Translations under genes and position numbers: made by a program
Notes under the pieces: model-generated
Told to the model about the DNA's origin: nothing
The model's input: only the letters and a program-made list of their open reading frames with translations
Databases searched by the model: none
DNA from: Candidatus Kapaibacterium sp.
GTDB taxonomy: Bacteria; Bacteroidota; Ignavibacteria; Kapaibacteriales; Kapaibacteriaceae
DNA length: 64,000 nt
Direction of reading: 5' to 3'
Assembly (NCBI GenBank): GCA_022842685.1
Contig: JALHPC010000005.1
Coordinates: 20,548 to 84,547 of the forward strand
In this document: positions 42,667 through 52,833 of the stretch, piece after piece
Layout of the letters: the number at the start of each line of letters is the position of its first letter
How positions within the stretch are numbered: position 1 is the stretch's first letter

Positions 42667-43512
42667 CTATCCCTCAGTTGTAGGGGGCGTCGAATTGGGC
42701 TTCGCGAGTACACTGATGCTCGACTGTACGGTGCTCGCCGATTGATGGTGGGCAAGCTCTGGTTCAATAACGGCTTCGGCCATGCGCCAGATGGCTTGGC
42801 ACGGAAAACGGTTTTCGTAGAGGGCTCGGCCGATCACAACAGAGTCGACATTCGGCGGAGCGTTGCGCTGGACGTCCCACAAGTGTTCCGGACCGGCAAT
42901 GCCACCTGCGGTGGTAACACGCAGGGGCGCTACCGAGGCAATCCGTCGGATCGTGTCGATACTCTCTCCAGTTAGGTGTCCCTCCCAGTCGGTTTCGGAG
43001 TAGATGAGACGACGTCCCCCAATCGCATAGACATGCTTGATGTAGTCTTCGTCGGTCGTTTGCTCTCTACTAGCGCCTAGGTCTACATCTCCATTGTGCG
43101 CTCGCAGCCCAAACACAACACGGCTAGTACCATACTGCTCCAAGAGCTCTGCAACGCCGTCTGGCTCTGTATATGCAAGCGTGTTGATGGCAACTCGATA
43201 CACGCCACGTTCAAGTATACGCCTGTAGGCATCAACATTGGGTAGCGTAGCCACAAACTGCACAGGTATATCGACGGCCGCCTGCATGGCTACCACCTGC
43301 TCGATGGTCTCGGCATCGTCGACGCCTCGAAACGAGTCGATGTCGGTAACGTGAATGCACTTTGCGTTCTCGCGCCGCCAAAGCTGGGCAAGGCGCACGG
43401 GCTCGTCGCTAAACTCCGTGTACATCCTCTCGGTGCCGGGCAGGCCTGCAATGCAGCGCCCGCAGCGCCCCCGCACTAAGTCCACCGACGGTATGATCAA
43501 GATGTTTGGCAT
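42667..43512 (-). CDS. HisA/HisF-family (beta/alpha)8 barrel protein (ProFAR isomerase-like) with C-terminal extension
   Basis: IIPSVDLVRGRC N-terminal strand and VTTAGGIAG...VIGRAL phosphate-binding C-terminal motifs; not in a his operon. Confidence 0.6.
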   Translation of the reverse strand: MPNILIIPSVDLVRGRCGRCIAGLPGTERMYTEFSDEPVRLAQLWRRENAKCIHVTDIDSFRGVDDAETIEQVVAMQAAVDIPVQFVATLPNVDAYRRILERGVYRVAINTLAYTEPDGVAELLEQYGTSRVVFGLRAHNGDVDLGASREQTTDEDYIKHVYAIGGRRLIYSETDWEGHLTGESIDTIRRIASVAPLRVTTAGGIAGPEHLWDVQRNAPPNVDSVVIGRALYENRFPCQAIWRMAEAVIEPELAHHQSASTVQSSISVLAKPNSTPPTTEG

Positions 43513-43525
43513 TGGTGTTGTTCTC

Positions 43526-44128
43526 TTATGCTCCCGCAACCCGCAGGGCCTTACGCAGCAAGCGCTCGGCAGAGTCGGCCACCTCGGGCTCGGCCGCAAG
43601 CACGGCTCGCACTGCCTTCTCGGCGGCTGCTCGCCCATAGCCCAAGGATACAAGGGCAGCAATCGCTTCGTCGCTGGCAGCTCCAACAGCTGGGGTCGAT
43701 TCGGTACCAGCCGACGCCGTCGCCAAACTCATTGCCTTGTCGCGTAGCTCAACCACGAGTCGTTCAGCAGTTTTCTTTCCAACACCGGGCAAACGTTGCA
43801 AGGCAATGATGTCGTTCCTCACCAATCTGTCACGCAATTCCACAAGGGGCACCGCCGAAAGTATGCCTAACGCCGTGCGAGCTCCAATGCCGTTTACTGA
43901 AGTAAGCATGGTAAACGCATCGCGCTCGGATGTCGTGGCGAAGCCAAACAACTGCATGGCATCTTCGCGAACCACCATTACTGTGAACATTGTGGCCTCA
44001 CTGCCTAGCGCAGGAAGAACATCGGCCGTTGATGTGGGAACCATAACAGCATAGCCCACGCCAGCACATTCCAGCACAACGTCCATGGTGCCAATGCTTA
44101 TCAACGTTCCCCGCAGTCGCGCAATCAT
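43526..44128 (-). CDS. ruvA: Holliday junction DNA helicase subunit RuvA
   Basis: MIARLRGTL N-terminus, OB domain, LPGVGKKTAERLVVEL helix-hairpin-helix. Confidence 0.9.
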   Translation of the reverse strand: MIARLRGTLISIGTMDVVLECAGVGYAVMVPTSTADVLPALGSEATMFTVMVVREDAMQLFGFATTSERDAFTMLTSVNGIGARTALGILSAVPLVELRDRLVRNDIIALQRLPGVGKKTAERLVVELRDKAMSLATASAGTESTPAVGAASDEAIAALVSLGYGRAAAEKAVRAVLAAEPEVADSAERLLRKALRVAGA

Positions 44129-44257
44129 GCTTCGGCCGCTAGTCGTGTTTGGATGGTGCCGTTCATAGGGCGGCAAAGATAGCACCGTCACATTCGGCAA
44201 TGGTTACAACACAAGGATGCACCACCATCAGCGCAACTAGCCGTCGAAAGAGTCCGC

Positions 44258-44629
44258 ATGAGAGCGCACGAACCACGTACAACAAAGTCGATTGGCGACA
44301 TCGCCGAAGATATAGCCGTCGACCACCTCGAGTCACTTGGGTGGTTCATTATCGAACGCCAGTGGGCTTACAAGAAGATGGGTGAATTGGATATCGTTGC
44401 CGACGATGGCACCGACATCGTCTTCGTGGAGGTGCGCTATCGCGCCCGGACAGATTTCGGACTACCCGAGCAAACACTGTCGCCAGCCAAGGTTTCTAAA
44501 CTGCGCCGAACAGCGCAGATGTACCTGCTCATGAAGGGCATACGAACACGGCCCTGCCGCTTCGACGTTGTCGCACTCGACATGATGGGCGGCAAGCCCA
44601 ATCTGCGGCACTATCGCAATTGCTTCTAA
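44258..44629 (+). CDS. YraN-family (UPF0102) endonuclease-like protein
   Basis: DIAEDIAVDHL...ELDIVA...VFVEVRYR motif of UPF0102. Confidence 0.8.
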   Translation: MRAHEPRTTKSIGDIAEDIAVDHLESLGWFIIERQWAYKKMGELDIVADDGTDIVFVEVRYRARTDFGLPEQTLSPAKVSKLRRTAQMYLLMKGIRTRPCRFDVVALDMMGGKPNLRHYRNCF

Positions 44630-44700
44630 CAAGCGCTCTGTGCTGCGCGGTGTCGCAACTGCCTTGACCGCTCATCTTCCTGCTTTCCTCTTCCCTTGGG

Positions 44701-44890
44701 CCGCCAGTGGCGACAAAACCCACAGACCCTGCCTCAGGCAGGGAGCGCCCCTGGCGGTGGGGTATGTGTTGGTAGCGCAATGTAAGACTGGTAAACTATT
44801 CATGGGTTAACGAAGGAGTATGGCAAGGTGCATAAATTACCCCACCCACCGCCGGAGGCGGTCCCGGCGAGACGCCGGGTCTGTGGGGTT
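44701..44890. other. GC-rich hairpin-dense intergenic block bounded by a 13-bp inverted repeat; candidate small structured RNA or MITE
   Basis: AACCCACAGACCC at 44717-44729 versus GGGTCTGTGGGGTT at 44878-44890; internal hairpins CCCTGCC-TCA-GGCAGGG, CCGCC-GGA-GGCGG, CCCGGCG-AGA-CGCCGGG. Confidence 0.35.
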
Positions 44891-44900
44891 GGTGGTAACT

Positions 44901-45030
44901 GGCCGAAGGCCGTAACTGTGCGAAGCACGTAGCTATGCGAAGCATGTCGCTGGCCGAAGGCCGTAACTGTGCGAAGCACGTAGCTATGCGAAGCACGTCG
45001 CCGTGCGCTTCGCTAACTTCGCGAATGACC
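44901..45030. repeat. Second locus of the GCGAAGC mini-hairpin repeat family (2 x 51-bp tandem plus degenerate tail)
   Basis: GGCCGAAGGCCGTAACTGTGCGAAGCACGTAGCTATGCGAAGCATGTCGCT twice; 44933-44978 matches 24951-24996 at 44 of 46 positions. Confidence 0.85.
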
Positions 45031-45450
45031 GAACTGTCGCTATGGCTTACGCTTGTAGGCATTGCCGTTGTGATTGCCCTTCCTGCGACGCTGCTCGTCT
45101 GGTTCACGCGACGGCGTATCATCGTTACCGTTGTAACCTCCAAGAACGAGCCCGTGCATGATGCCGTTGTTGTTGGACATTGCACGCGCCGCTATGGAGG
45201 TTATGTTACGAACTCTGGATGGCAGACCGTTGAACACTCATCCGATGAGGTTCATACGACGTTGGGACGAACAGACGCCAGTGGCTGCCTAGACCGCTGG
45301 CTGTACCTAGCCAATCCGTGGGCACTGCATGCACGTCATCCCACGTTGGGCGAGAGTCCAGTACGCATACTTCGCGACGTTGGACCGCGGTCAGTTCACG
45401 AGGTGCGCCTTGTGATGCAGGATAGGCCGTCGTCTGCTACGGCACCATAG
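45025..45450 (+). CDS. Hypothetical membrane-anchored protein
   Basis: ORF with N-terminal TM helix (LSLWLTLVGIAVVIALPATLLVWF); start uncertain because upstream part of ORF lies in the repeat. Confidence 0.35.
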   Translation: MTELSLWLTLVGIAVVIALPATLLVWFTRRRIIVTVVTSKNEPVHDAVVVGHCTRRYGGYVTNSGWQTVEHSSDEVHTTLGRTDASGCLDRWLYLANPWALHARHPTLGESPVRILRDVGPRSVHEVRLVMQDRPSSATAP

Positions 45451-45504
45451 TGCTATCTTTGACACCACGCCGTTGGCCCGATTTTTCTTCCCTTACGTTC
45501 CTTC

Positions 45505-46587
45505 ATGTGGACCTACATCGCTAAGCGCACGCTGCTGTTTCTTCCTACGCTCTTCATCATCACGGTTATATCCTTCGGTATAAGCCGCCTTGCACCTGGC
45601 GATCCAGCCGCCAATAAGGTAGGCCAAGGTTCGGACGGAGGCATGAGCGGCCGCAGCACCATTAACGAAAAAACCGTCGAACTTATCCGCAAGCAGTGGA
45701 ATCTCGACAAACCCGTTTGGCAACAATATGTAATCTGGACCGGAGGCCTGATGGGCTTCCGTTTTACGAACGTCTTCACGCCCGAGGGCACATCGTGGTC
45801 GAACCTTACCTGGGTTGGCACACCCGACTTCGGTAATAGCTTTTTAGACAACCGACCTGTGTTCGACAAGATGCTTGAACGGGTACCGGTTACGCTGGTC
45901 ATGAATATCCTGGCCGTCATCATTGCCTATGCCGTAGCCGTCCCGCTGGGCATCTACTCGGCTACGCACACAGGCACCGTTGCCGATAGAGTTTCGACGT
46001 TTGTGTTGTTCGCCCTGTATTCACTCCCCGTGTTCTGGGTAGGTACGCTTGCCGTGACGTTCCTAGCGAATCCCGAATACCTTGCATGGTTTCCAAGCGG
46101 CGGGCTTAAGTCACCCGGCTTCTCTTCCAATTGGTCTGTCTGGAAACAACTGGCAGACTACGCCAAACACCTAGCCCTGCCCATGATGGTATATGTGTAT
46201 GCCGACTTTGCGTTTATCTCACGTCAGATGCGAAGCTCGATGTTGGAGGTTATTCGCCAAGACTTTATTCGCACGGCCCGAGCCAAGGGTCTTCCCGAGC
46301 GCGCCGTGATTCTTCGCCATGCCTTCCGCAACGCCCTCATTCCGCTGGTTACCATTCTAGCCACGTTAGTGCCTGCGCTTATTGGCGGCTCGGTAATCAT
46401 TGAGTCGATCTTCAGCATTCCAGGCATGGGCGAGCTATCATTCAAGGCGCTGGTATCGCGCGATTATCCCATGATTATGGCCGTGTTTACGATTTCGGCA
46501 GTACTTACGTTGGTGGGACTCCTTCTGGCCGACATCTTGTATTCGATTGTTGATCCGCGTATCTCGTTTGGAAAGAAGTCGTCATGA
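45505..46587 (+). CDS. ABC transporter permease (oligopeptide/dipeptide OppB/DppB type)
   Basis: Binding-protein-dependent permease with long N-terminal periplasmic loop and EAA-like motif (RTARAKGLPERAVILRHAFRNAL). Confidence 0.85.
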   Translation: MWTYIAKRTLLFLPTLFIITVISFGISRLAPGDPAANKVGQGSDGGMSGRSTINEKTVELIRKQWNLDKPVWQQYVIWTGGLMGFRFTNVFTPEGTSWSNLTWVGTPDFGNSFLDNRPVFDKMLERVPVTLVMNILAVIIAYAVAVPLGIYSATHTGTVADRVSTFVLFALYSLPVFWVGTLAVTFLANPEYLAWFPSGGLKSPGFSSNWSVWKQLADYAKHLALPMMVYVYADFAFISRQMRSSMLEVIRQDFIRTARAKGLPERAVILRHAFRNALIPLVTILATLVPALIGGSVIIESIFSIPGMGELSFKALVSRDYPMIMAVFTISAVLTLVGLLLADILYSIVDPRISFGKKSS

Positions 46588-47651
46588 GCGCCCCTTCTAC
46601 GAAGCCCCCTTCCGAAGAAACAACAATGGCGAAGAGTGTGGATGGTGAAACGTACGGACAGTTCGTACGGCGCCAATTTTCGAAACATACACTTGGTGTA
46701 GTTTCGGTTTGGATAGTTGCCGTCTTGGCCATTGTAGCCATTACAGCCGATTTCCTTGCAAACGACAAACCAATCATCTGCTCGCATCAAGGCAGGGTGC
46801 AGTTTCCCATTTTTAAGCAATACGGCGTGAGCTTAGGGATTGCCGAATGGGATCGCGAATACGTTACCGTTGACTGGAAAGAACTGCAGTACGATTGGAG
46901 TCTGTTTCCGCCAGTACCGTATGCACCCGAAACCACAGACAAAACACTGGTCTCGCTGAAAGATCGTGCGCCATCGGCGGCGCATTGGCTTGGTACCGAC
47001 GATATAGGCCGCGACGTTATGGCTGGCCTTATTCACGGTTCGCGGTATGCGCTCTCGATTGGATTTATAGCCATGGGTATTGCCCTTGTGATAGGCATCA
47101 TTCTGGGCGCAATGGCTGGTTTCTTTGGTGGCACCATCGACGTCGTTATCTCTCGCATCATCGAGATTGTTATCACCATTCCTCGCTTCTTCCTCATCAT
47201 CACCATCGTTGCTATGGTTGAGCAAGGTAGTCTGTGGCTCATCATGGTGTTGATTGGTCTAACCGGTTGGACCAATATTGCACGGTTCATGCGTGGCGAA
47301 GTGCTACGTGTACGCAACCTCGATTACGTGAGTGCGGCTACAGCTCTAGGGTATTCCACGCCACGTATCATTCTGCGCCACGTCGTACCTAACGCCATAG
47401 CTCCGGTACTCATTTACGCTGCCTTCGGCATCGTTAGTACCATTCTCTTGGAAAGTGCCCTATCGTTCTTGGGCTTTGGCGTTCCGCCCACTGTTGTTAC
47501 GTGGGGATCGGTACTTTTCAAAGCCCGCTCAAGCACGTATTCGTGGTGGCTGGCCGTGTTTCCCGGTGCCATGATCTTTCTAACCGTCAGCGCCTTTAAC
47601 CTCATTGGCGATGCCCTGCGCGACGCCACCGATCCGCGTCTGCGGTCCTAA
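46584..47651 (+). CDS. ABC transporter permease (OppC/DppC type)
   Basis: Permease motifs, ATGA overlap with upstream permease, C-terminal DATDPRLR. Confidence 0.85.
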   Translation: MSAPSTKPPSEETTMAKSVDGETYGQFVRRQFSKHTLGVVSVWIVAVLAIVAITADFLANDKPIICSHQGRVQFPIFKQYGVSLGIAEWDREYVTVDWKELQYDWSLFPPVPYAPETTDKTLVSLKDRAPSAAHWLGTDDIGRDVMAGLIHGSRYALSIGFIAMGIALVIGIILGAMAGFFGGTIDVVISRIIEIVITIPRFFLIITIVAMVEQGSLWLIMVLIGLTGWTNIARFMRGEVLRVRNLDYVSAATALGYSTPRIILRHVVPNAIAPVLIYAAFGIVSTILLESALSFLGFGVPPTVVTWGSVLFKARSSTYSWWLAVFPGAMIFLTVSAFNLIGDALRDATDPRLRS

Positions 47652-47658
47652 TTCTTCG

Positions 47659-48309
47659 TCACGGCGAAAGACGGCACAATGTCCACTCTCCGGTGGGTTG
47701 AAGTCGGTATTCTAGCCGATCATGCAGTCGTGATGGCCTTCCCTGCCAAAACTCTACCAATGTAGGCACTACCCTGTATCCTCCCCAGAAAGGGGGCATC
47801 GGCACAATGCCGTCGGCATGACGTTCTCGAAGCTTCGCTTCGGCCTGCTCGAGCTCCCTTCGGTCGCGTAACTCGGCGCTCTGCGCCGAAGCCCAAGCGC
47901 CTATCTTGCTGCCCAGTGGTCGCGAGGCGAAGTAGGCCTCGGACTCTTCACGCGATACTCGCTCGACGCTTCCTTCGATTCGAACTTGGCGCTCAAGTTC
48001 GGCCCAAAAGAACAACAGTGCTGCCTTGGGATTCTCTGCAAGTTGACCTCCCTTGCGACTGTCGTAATTGGTGTAAAAAACGAGGCCATGATCGATACCC
48101 TTGAGCAACACGATGCGGGCCGATGGCTGCCCCATCGTATCGCACGTAGCCAAGGTCATGGCATTGGGTTCTACAACCTCGGCCTTGACTGCCTCGTCGA
48201 ACCATGCTCGAAATTGTCGCATGGGATTAGCGTCGACGTGCGACTCGTCCAGCTCCTCGCGAGCATATTCGCGTCGGAGTGATGCTATGGCTATCGAATG
48301 ATCAGACAT
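47659..48309 (-). CDS. pdxH: Pyridoxamine 5'-phosphate oxidase
   Basis: Near collinear with E. coli PdxH ([29 protein letters not shown]). Confidence 0.92.
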   Translation of the reverse strand: MSDHSIAIASLRREYAREELDESHVDANPMRQFRAWFDEAVKAEVVEPNAMTLATCDTMGQPSARIVLLKGIDHGLVFYTNYDSRKGGQLAENPKAALLFFWAELERQVRIEGSVERVSREESEAYFASRPLGSKIGAWASAQSAELRDRRELEQAEAKLRERHADGIVPMPPFWGGYRVVPTLVEFWQGRPSRLHDRLEYRLQPTGEWTLCRLSP

Positions 48310-50372
48310 GGTAGCATGCGAACATTGGTGGGCGTAACAAGGCGAACCATGGCAAGGCCCGGCGCAAGGTTGGCCGTCGAGAACACAACGACGTCATCGG
48401 GCGACGTTACAGATTGTCGAGCAACAACGCGACCAACGGCGTCGGCAAGCTCAAGCTGCGCGCCGACAGCGTTGCGCACGTGAACAGCCATGGGGTCCTG
48501 CGACTGATGCGGATGTGCCGATGCAAGGCGCATGGACGGCTGGGTGGCATCCTCATCGTCAGCCACCGAGTTTATGGTCTCTCGAGCTTCGAACAAGAGA
48601 GTCCTGTTAGGGTCGATCTCGATGGAAGTGACTTCACGGTCCAGCGTCATATCAAGCGTTACTGAGCGCGACAGCATGACGATGGAGGTGTCGATGCTGG
48701 TAGGACCTTGCCACAGACGTAGCGTCACTGGTAGTTCAAAGACCTCGGGGCTGGTGGGGTGCGACTGAATCTGGGCGAGTGTAACGGATGTGCGCCAGGT
48801 TCCATTGGTCTGTTGCTGGTTGTCCAATACCGTGCTAAACACCGGATGACCGGTTTCGTACAGCCATTGCCGAAAAAACGTCTTCCACGAAATAGGAGCA
48901 TTGGGAGCGAATCGCTCGACACCTGCAATGAAGTCCGACGTTTGAACGGCACGTTCTGGCCCTCCGGCCTCGGTCGTCCACCATGACATAAACGCTCGGA
49001 ACGCCTCGTCGCCCATGATCGACGCCGTCATGTGGTAGACCCATGCAGACTTGCTGTACGTGGTGGGTTCGTTGAAGATGTTGCTGATAGGGATGTTGGC
49101 GATTGGCGGAGCATTAAAGCCCTGACGTAGGTAGCGTTCTCTTCGAGAAGCCATATGATTACCGAATGCCTGACGTCCGTACTTCTCGCCTTGCCATAGG
49201 GCCTCTGTATACGAGGCGCCACCTTCGTTAATCCATATATCGCCCCAATGAGCGCAGGTAACAAGATCGCCTAGCCACTGGTGGCCTACTTCGTGGGCAT
49301 AGCCCACTTCGGCGGTGCCCCTTAGCCAGTCGCGAGAGATGGTGGACATGGTGGTATGTTCCATGCCGCCAAACGCTATTGGCCAGACCGTCATGTGTCC
49401 GTACGTCGAGAATGGGTACGGGCCAAGCGTTCGTTCAAGTGCAGGAATCATCTCGGGGATGTTACGAAGGGCGTGTACGGCATTAAGTGAGTCACCTTCG
49501 TGGTCGATGTCCCAGTGATAGTTCAGAATTGGAATCACGCGGCCATCGAGCGTGGTTGATGACTGTTTGTACTCGCGATAGACCGAGGCAGCAAAGGCAA
49601 AGAGGTACGATGGCATTGGATATGGGCAGCTCCACGTTTGGCGCTCGGCAGTTCCAACGGCCTCGGTAGAAACGTGCGAACCGTTGGCAACTACGGTAAA
49701 TCCTTGGGGAACAGTAGCGGCGAAGGAATAGAAGGCGCGGTCACTCGGCACATCGTTACAGGGGAACCAGCGCCGGGCCCCTTCGGGCTGCGAAAACGAA
49801 AATGCAATGGGATGCGGAACCCGCACTTGGGCGATGCCACGCCCAGCAACAACGGTAATGCCAGTGGCAAACGAGGTACGCTGCACACGATAGGCAATGG
49901 TTGCTTCAAGGGTATCCGACGGTGTGACCGTGGCCGTGGGTAACTGGATTACCAAGCTGTCGCTGCCGCGACGTTCAAAGCTTGCCACGGTGTTGCCAAC
50001 ACGTACCGACCCAATTGTTGGAATCATGCCTGTGTCGGCAAAGAACACAACTGTCGATTGCCCGGCACGCTCCGGAACGAAGGTGATGCGCACAGTACCG
50101 TCCACGATTCGAGGGGCTATAACGCTGGTGTCGGTTACAGACAGGACGGGAACCAGGTCCAGCTCGACATGCATTCGCACCACGTCGACATCGGTTTTGA
50201 GAGGCCTATCGGCCCACGGCTCGAAGCCCATGGGAAGTACACATTGATGCGGCGGGTTTTGGGCATCGACCCATGAAGGGTCGGCGCCAATGCGTGTAAT
50301 GAGCGACTTGTCTTCTCGAGCGTGGAGCTGAGTGACAAATAGGGCGATTACGCCGGCGGTGAAGAGCTTCAT
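48291..50372 (-). CDS. M1-family zinc aminopeptidase with signal peptide
   Basis: [13 protein letters not shown]...E zinc-binding HExxH-(18)-E, GAMEH exopeptidase motif; signal peptide [18 protein letters not shown]. Confidence 0.85.
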   Translation of the reverse strand: MKLFTAGVIALFVTQLHAREDKSLITRIGADPSWVDAQNPPHQCVLPMGFEPWADRPLKTDVDVVRMHVELDLVPVLSVTDTSVIAPRIVDGTVRITFVPERAGQSTVVFFADTGMIPTIGSVRVGNTVASFERRGSDSLVIQLPTATVTPSDTLEATIAYRVQRTSFATGITVVAGRGIAQVRVPHPIAFSFSQPEGARRWFPCNDVPSDRAFYSFAATVPQGFTVVANGSHVSTEAVGTAERQTWSCPYPMPSYLFAFAASVYREYKQSSTTLDGRVIPILNYHWDIDHEGDSLNAVHALRNIPEMIPALERTLGPYPFSTYGHMTVWPIAFGGMEHTTMSTISRDWLRGTAEVGYAHEVGHQWLGDLVTCAHWGDIWINEGGASYTEALWQGEKYGRQAFGNHMASRRERYLRQGFNAPPIANIPISNIFNEPTTYSKSAWVYHMTASIMGDEAFRAFMSWWTTEAGGPERAVQTSDFIAGVERFAPNAPISWKTFFRQWLYETGHPVFSTVLDNQQQTNGTWRTSVTLAQIQSHPTSPEVFELPVTLRLWQGPTSIDTSIVMLSRSVTLDMTLDREVTSIEIDPNRTLLFEARETINSVADDEDATQPSMRLASAHPHQSQDPMAVHVRNAVGAQLELADAVGRVVARQSVTSPDDVVVFSTANLAPGLAMVRLVTPTNVRMLPCLIIR

Positions 50373-50382
50373 ACGATTGTAG

Positions 50383-51276
50383 TTATGCACCGTGCGGACC
50401 GGTGCGAGGAAGGGCTGTGTTCGACTGAACGTAGGTTGAAAGCCACCAGCGCATGTCGGTCATCGATTCTATGCGGCGTCCGGCAAGCACATGGTCGGCG
50501 TTCTCATACATGATAAGCCGGTAAGGAAAATGTAACCGTTGGAGTTCCGCGGCAAGCGCTAAGGCATGTTCGCCGGGCACTCGTCGATCGCCGGTGCCAT
50601 GCTGCACGAGCAATGGAGTGGTTGTGCAGAGCTCGTCGGCCCAACAGACGACGGATCGTTGTTCGGCTTCGAGTTGTTCGTTGGCGCCAGCAGCAAGGTA
50701 CTTGCGCATCGTGGAGCGAATGTAGGCGTTTTTAAGTTCAGTGTTAATCGCCGTAGGTGCACCAAACGTAATGGCGGCACGAAAGCGGTTTGTACGGCGC
50801 AACATCTGGAAGGCCATCATTCCACCACGACTTCCACCAACGAGGCCAAAGCGCGTTGGATCGACGTACGGCAAACTATCTAACAGCGGTAGTAGATTCA
50901 ATGCGTCGTCAACGTCGCCGCCACCCCACTCTTCCACGCCGTCGCTACCACCCACGCCACGGTAGTTCGAGGCCACGGCAACGAAGCCCCACGAGGCAAA
51001 CAGGCCGGCATACATCATGGCACCTTCGGCCGAAAGGGCTCCCTTTGGACCAGAGCCACCCCTGTTAAACACGACGGCCGGGAAGCGCTGGGCTGTTGCA
51101 GGCGGTAGCGCCATCCAGCCCTTGATGCGTAGTCCGTGCGACGCATACGTGATGGCATGCAACGAAACGGCAGAAAGCTTTTCGAATGCCTGCGTGGGCA
51201 TGGAACGCTTTGCCATGGCCAGCGAGGATGCTGGCAAGGGAACCTGGACCGAATCCAGGAGAGTACCGTCGATCAC
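50383..51276 (-). CDS. Alpha/beta hydrolase (S9 prolyl-oligopeptidase/dienelactone-hydrolase-like)
   Basis: GGSRGG nucleophile elbow, downstream Asp and His; no other domain. Confidence 0.7.
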   Translation of the reverse strand: MIDGTLLDSVQVPLPASSLAMAKRSMPTQAFEKLSAVSLHAITYASHGLRIKGWMALPPATAQRFPAVVFNRGGSGPKGALSAEGAMMYAGLFASWGFVAVASNYRGVGGSDGVEEWGGGDVDDALNLLPLLDSLPYVDPTRFGLVGGSRGGMMAFQMLRRTNRFRAAITFGAPTAINTELKNAYIRSTMRKYLAAGANEQLEAEQRSVVCWADELCTTTPLLVQHGTGDRRVPGEHALALAAELQRLHFPYRLIMYENADHVLAGRRIESMTDMRWWLSTYVQSNTALPRTGPHGA

Positions 51277-52565
51277 CGCTTATACCGCTCTCGGTATTTC
51301 TTGGTCATTCGGGTGTGGCGCGACGTGAGGTCGACCTGTCGTCCGTCGATGAAGGCCTGGGTTACGACGTTCGAACGTGCGTCGAGGGCGTCGCCCTTGC
51401 TCACAAAGAGCGTTGCCGACTTTCCAACCTCGATACTGCCGTAGTCGGCATCAACCTTTAGCATCTGCGCCGGTGTTAACGTTAGACTTCGCAATGCTGC
51501 GTCGGCACCAAGCCCATAGGCAATGGCCGTACCTGCATGAAACGGTAGGTTACGTTGCTGCCATCCACCGTCATCACTAAAGGCAAAGGGGATACCAGCC
51601 GCGGCCAAGGTGGCAGGCAGGGTGTAGGCAGCATCGTAGGCGTCTTCGTCGCGGATTGGTAACGCATGTACCCGACGTATCACGACACCCACCCCTTCTT
51701 TTTGCAATCTGTCAATCATGTAAGGGGCATCGGCAGCACCGACGATAACCATGGAAAGACCGAACTCGCGGCGGAAGTCGAGGGCAGATTCCATCTGTTT
51801 GCGCGACGAAGCGCGAACAAACACTGGCAGTGTGTCGCGAAACACGCGAGCCATCGCCTCGAGGCGGATATCGCGCTTAGCGGTATCGCCCACCGATGTA
51901 AGCAGGGCGTAGGCCTTGGCTTGGCGGAAGAGCTCGCGAAGGGCGTCGACGCGCTTCCCCGTTTCTCGGCGCTGTTCGTCGGCGCTTCGCGATTCCCACG
52001 GTGCCGTGTTTACGTCCATCTGCGGCCAGGTAAGCATCAGGGCCGACCGTGATTTCACGGCGATGTCGTCGCGCGTCCAACCGTCAAGCCGCATGAGCGA
52101 AGCCATGCCCGAAACGACGCCCCCTTCGGGCGTAACGTTAGCGAGTAGAATGCCCTTGTATCGGATGGTTGGAATGATGTCGGAATCTGGGTTGTACGCT
52201 GTCTCGCCGCGAGCGTTGGGGTTAAACTCGCCAACTTCTGCCATATCGCGGGTTGCGCGTACGGCATCGATTTCAGTAAGGCCGATGGTTGAGACAGGAG
52301 CAATGAACCCTGGGTAGACGTGCTGTCCAGAGCAGTCGATAACACGGAAACCTTGCGGAACAGCAACGTTGGCTCCAACGGCCGTGATCCGGCCGTTGGC
52401 AAACAGCACCGTGGCACGTGCAATGGTGCCCTGTGTTACTGTGTGGACGGTGGCATTCGTAAGGGCAATCGGCGTGGATTGCCGGGCGCCCGGCATTTCG
52501 TCACCCCCGTTGGCATTCCAAACCAACAGGCAGACTACGGCAATGGCAGCAAGTGTTCGAATCAT
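51273..52565 (-). CDS. Amidohydrolase-family metal-dependent hydrolase with signal peptide
   Basis: Amidohydrolase beta-sandwich plus TIM barrel features; signal peptide MIRTLAAIAVVCLLVWNANG; ATGA coupling to downstream hydrolase. Confidence 0.7.
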   Translation of the reverse strand: MIRTLAAIAVVCLLVWNANGGDEMPGARQSTPIALTNATVHTVTQGTIARATVLFANGRITAVGANVAVPQGFRVIDCSGQHVYPGFIAPVSTIGLTEIDAVRATRDMAEVGEFNPNARGETAYNPDSDIIPTIRYKGILLANVTPEGGVVSGMASLMRLDGWTRDDIAVKSRSALMLTWPQMDVNTAPWESRSADEQRRETGKRVDALRELFRQAKAYALLTSVGDTAKRDIRLEAMARVFRDTLPVFVRASSRKQMESALDFRREFGLSMVIVGAADAPYMIDRLQKEGVGVVIRRVHALPIRDEDAYDAAYTLPATLAAAGIPFAFSDDGGWQQRNLPFHAGTAIAYGLGADAALRSLTLTPAQMLKVDADYGSIEVGKSATLFVSKGDALDARSNVVTQAFIDGRQVDLTSRHTRMTKKYRERYKR

Positions 52566-52602
52566 GAACAAAGATACGAGGCGAAGGGCTAGATGTGAGA
52601 TG

Positions 52603-52630
52603 CCCCCAGACGTCACCACGCGTCTGGGGG
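52603..52630. promoter_or_regulatory. Perfect 10-bp GC hairpin in the leader of the amidohydrolase-peptidase operon
   Basis: CCCCCAGACG-tcaccacg-CGTCTGGGGG about 40 bp upstream of the operon start codon. Confidence 0.3.
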
Positions 52631-52833
52631 CACTCCCCGGTCTCACCTGCCTACCTCAACGTGCGGTCACTAAACGTGGCATTCACGATGGGTAAGCGTA
52701 CTGTAGATGGAGGCATAACATAGTAATCTTAGCTTGGTCACTCCCAGGATGTTGTGAAGTCTCGAAAATTTTCTGCATCTTTGCGCTCCCTTCGACCGCG
52801 CTTGGTTTGCCCATGGCGCGGTCGGTATGTCTT

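Noticed and set aside
44701-44890. Tried to read the GC-rich intergenic block as SRP RNA, RNase P RNA, tmRNA or 6S RNA
   Set aside because: No conserved core motifs of these RNAs are present: no GGAAAGTCCGGGC, no tmRNA ends. Resemblance to SRP domain IV is partial only. It is left as an uncharacterised structured element.
44796-45185. 129-aa minus-strand ORF spanning the GCGAAGC repeat
   Set aside because: Its translation is just the repeat read in frame (LRIATCFAQLRPSAS duplicated). It is a consequence of the repeat, not a gene.
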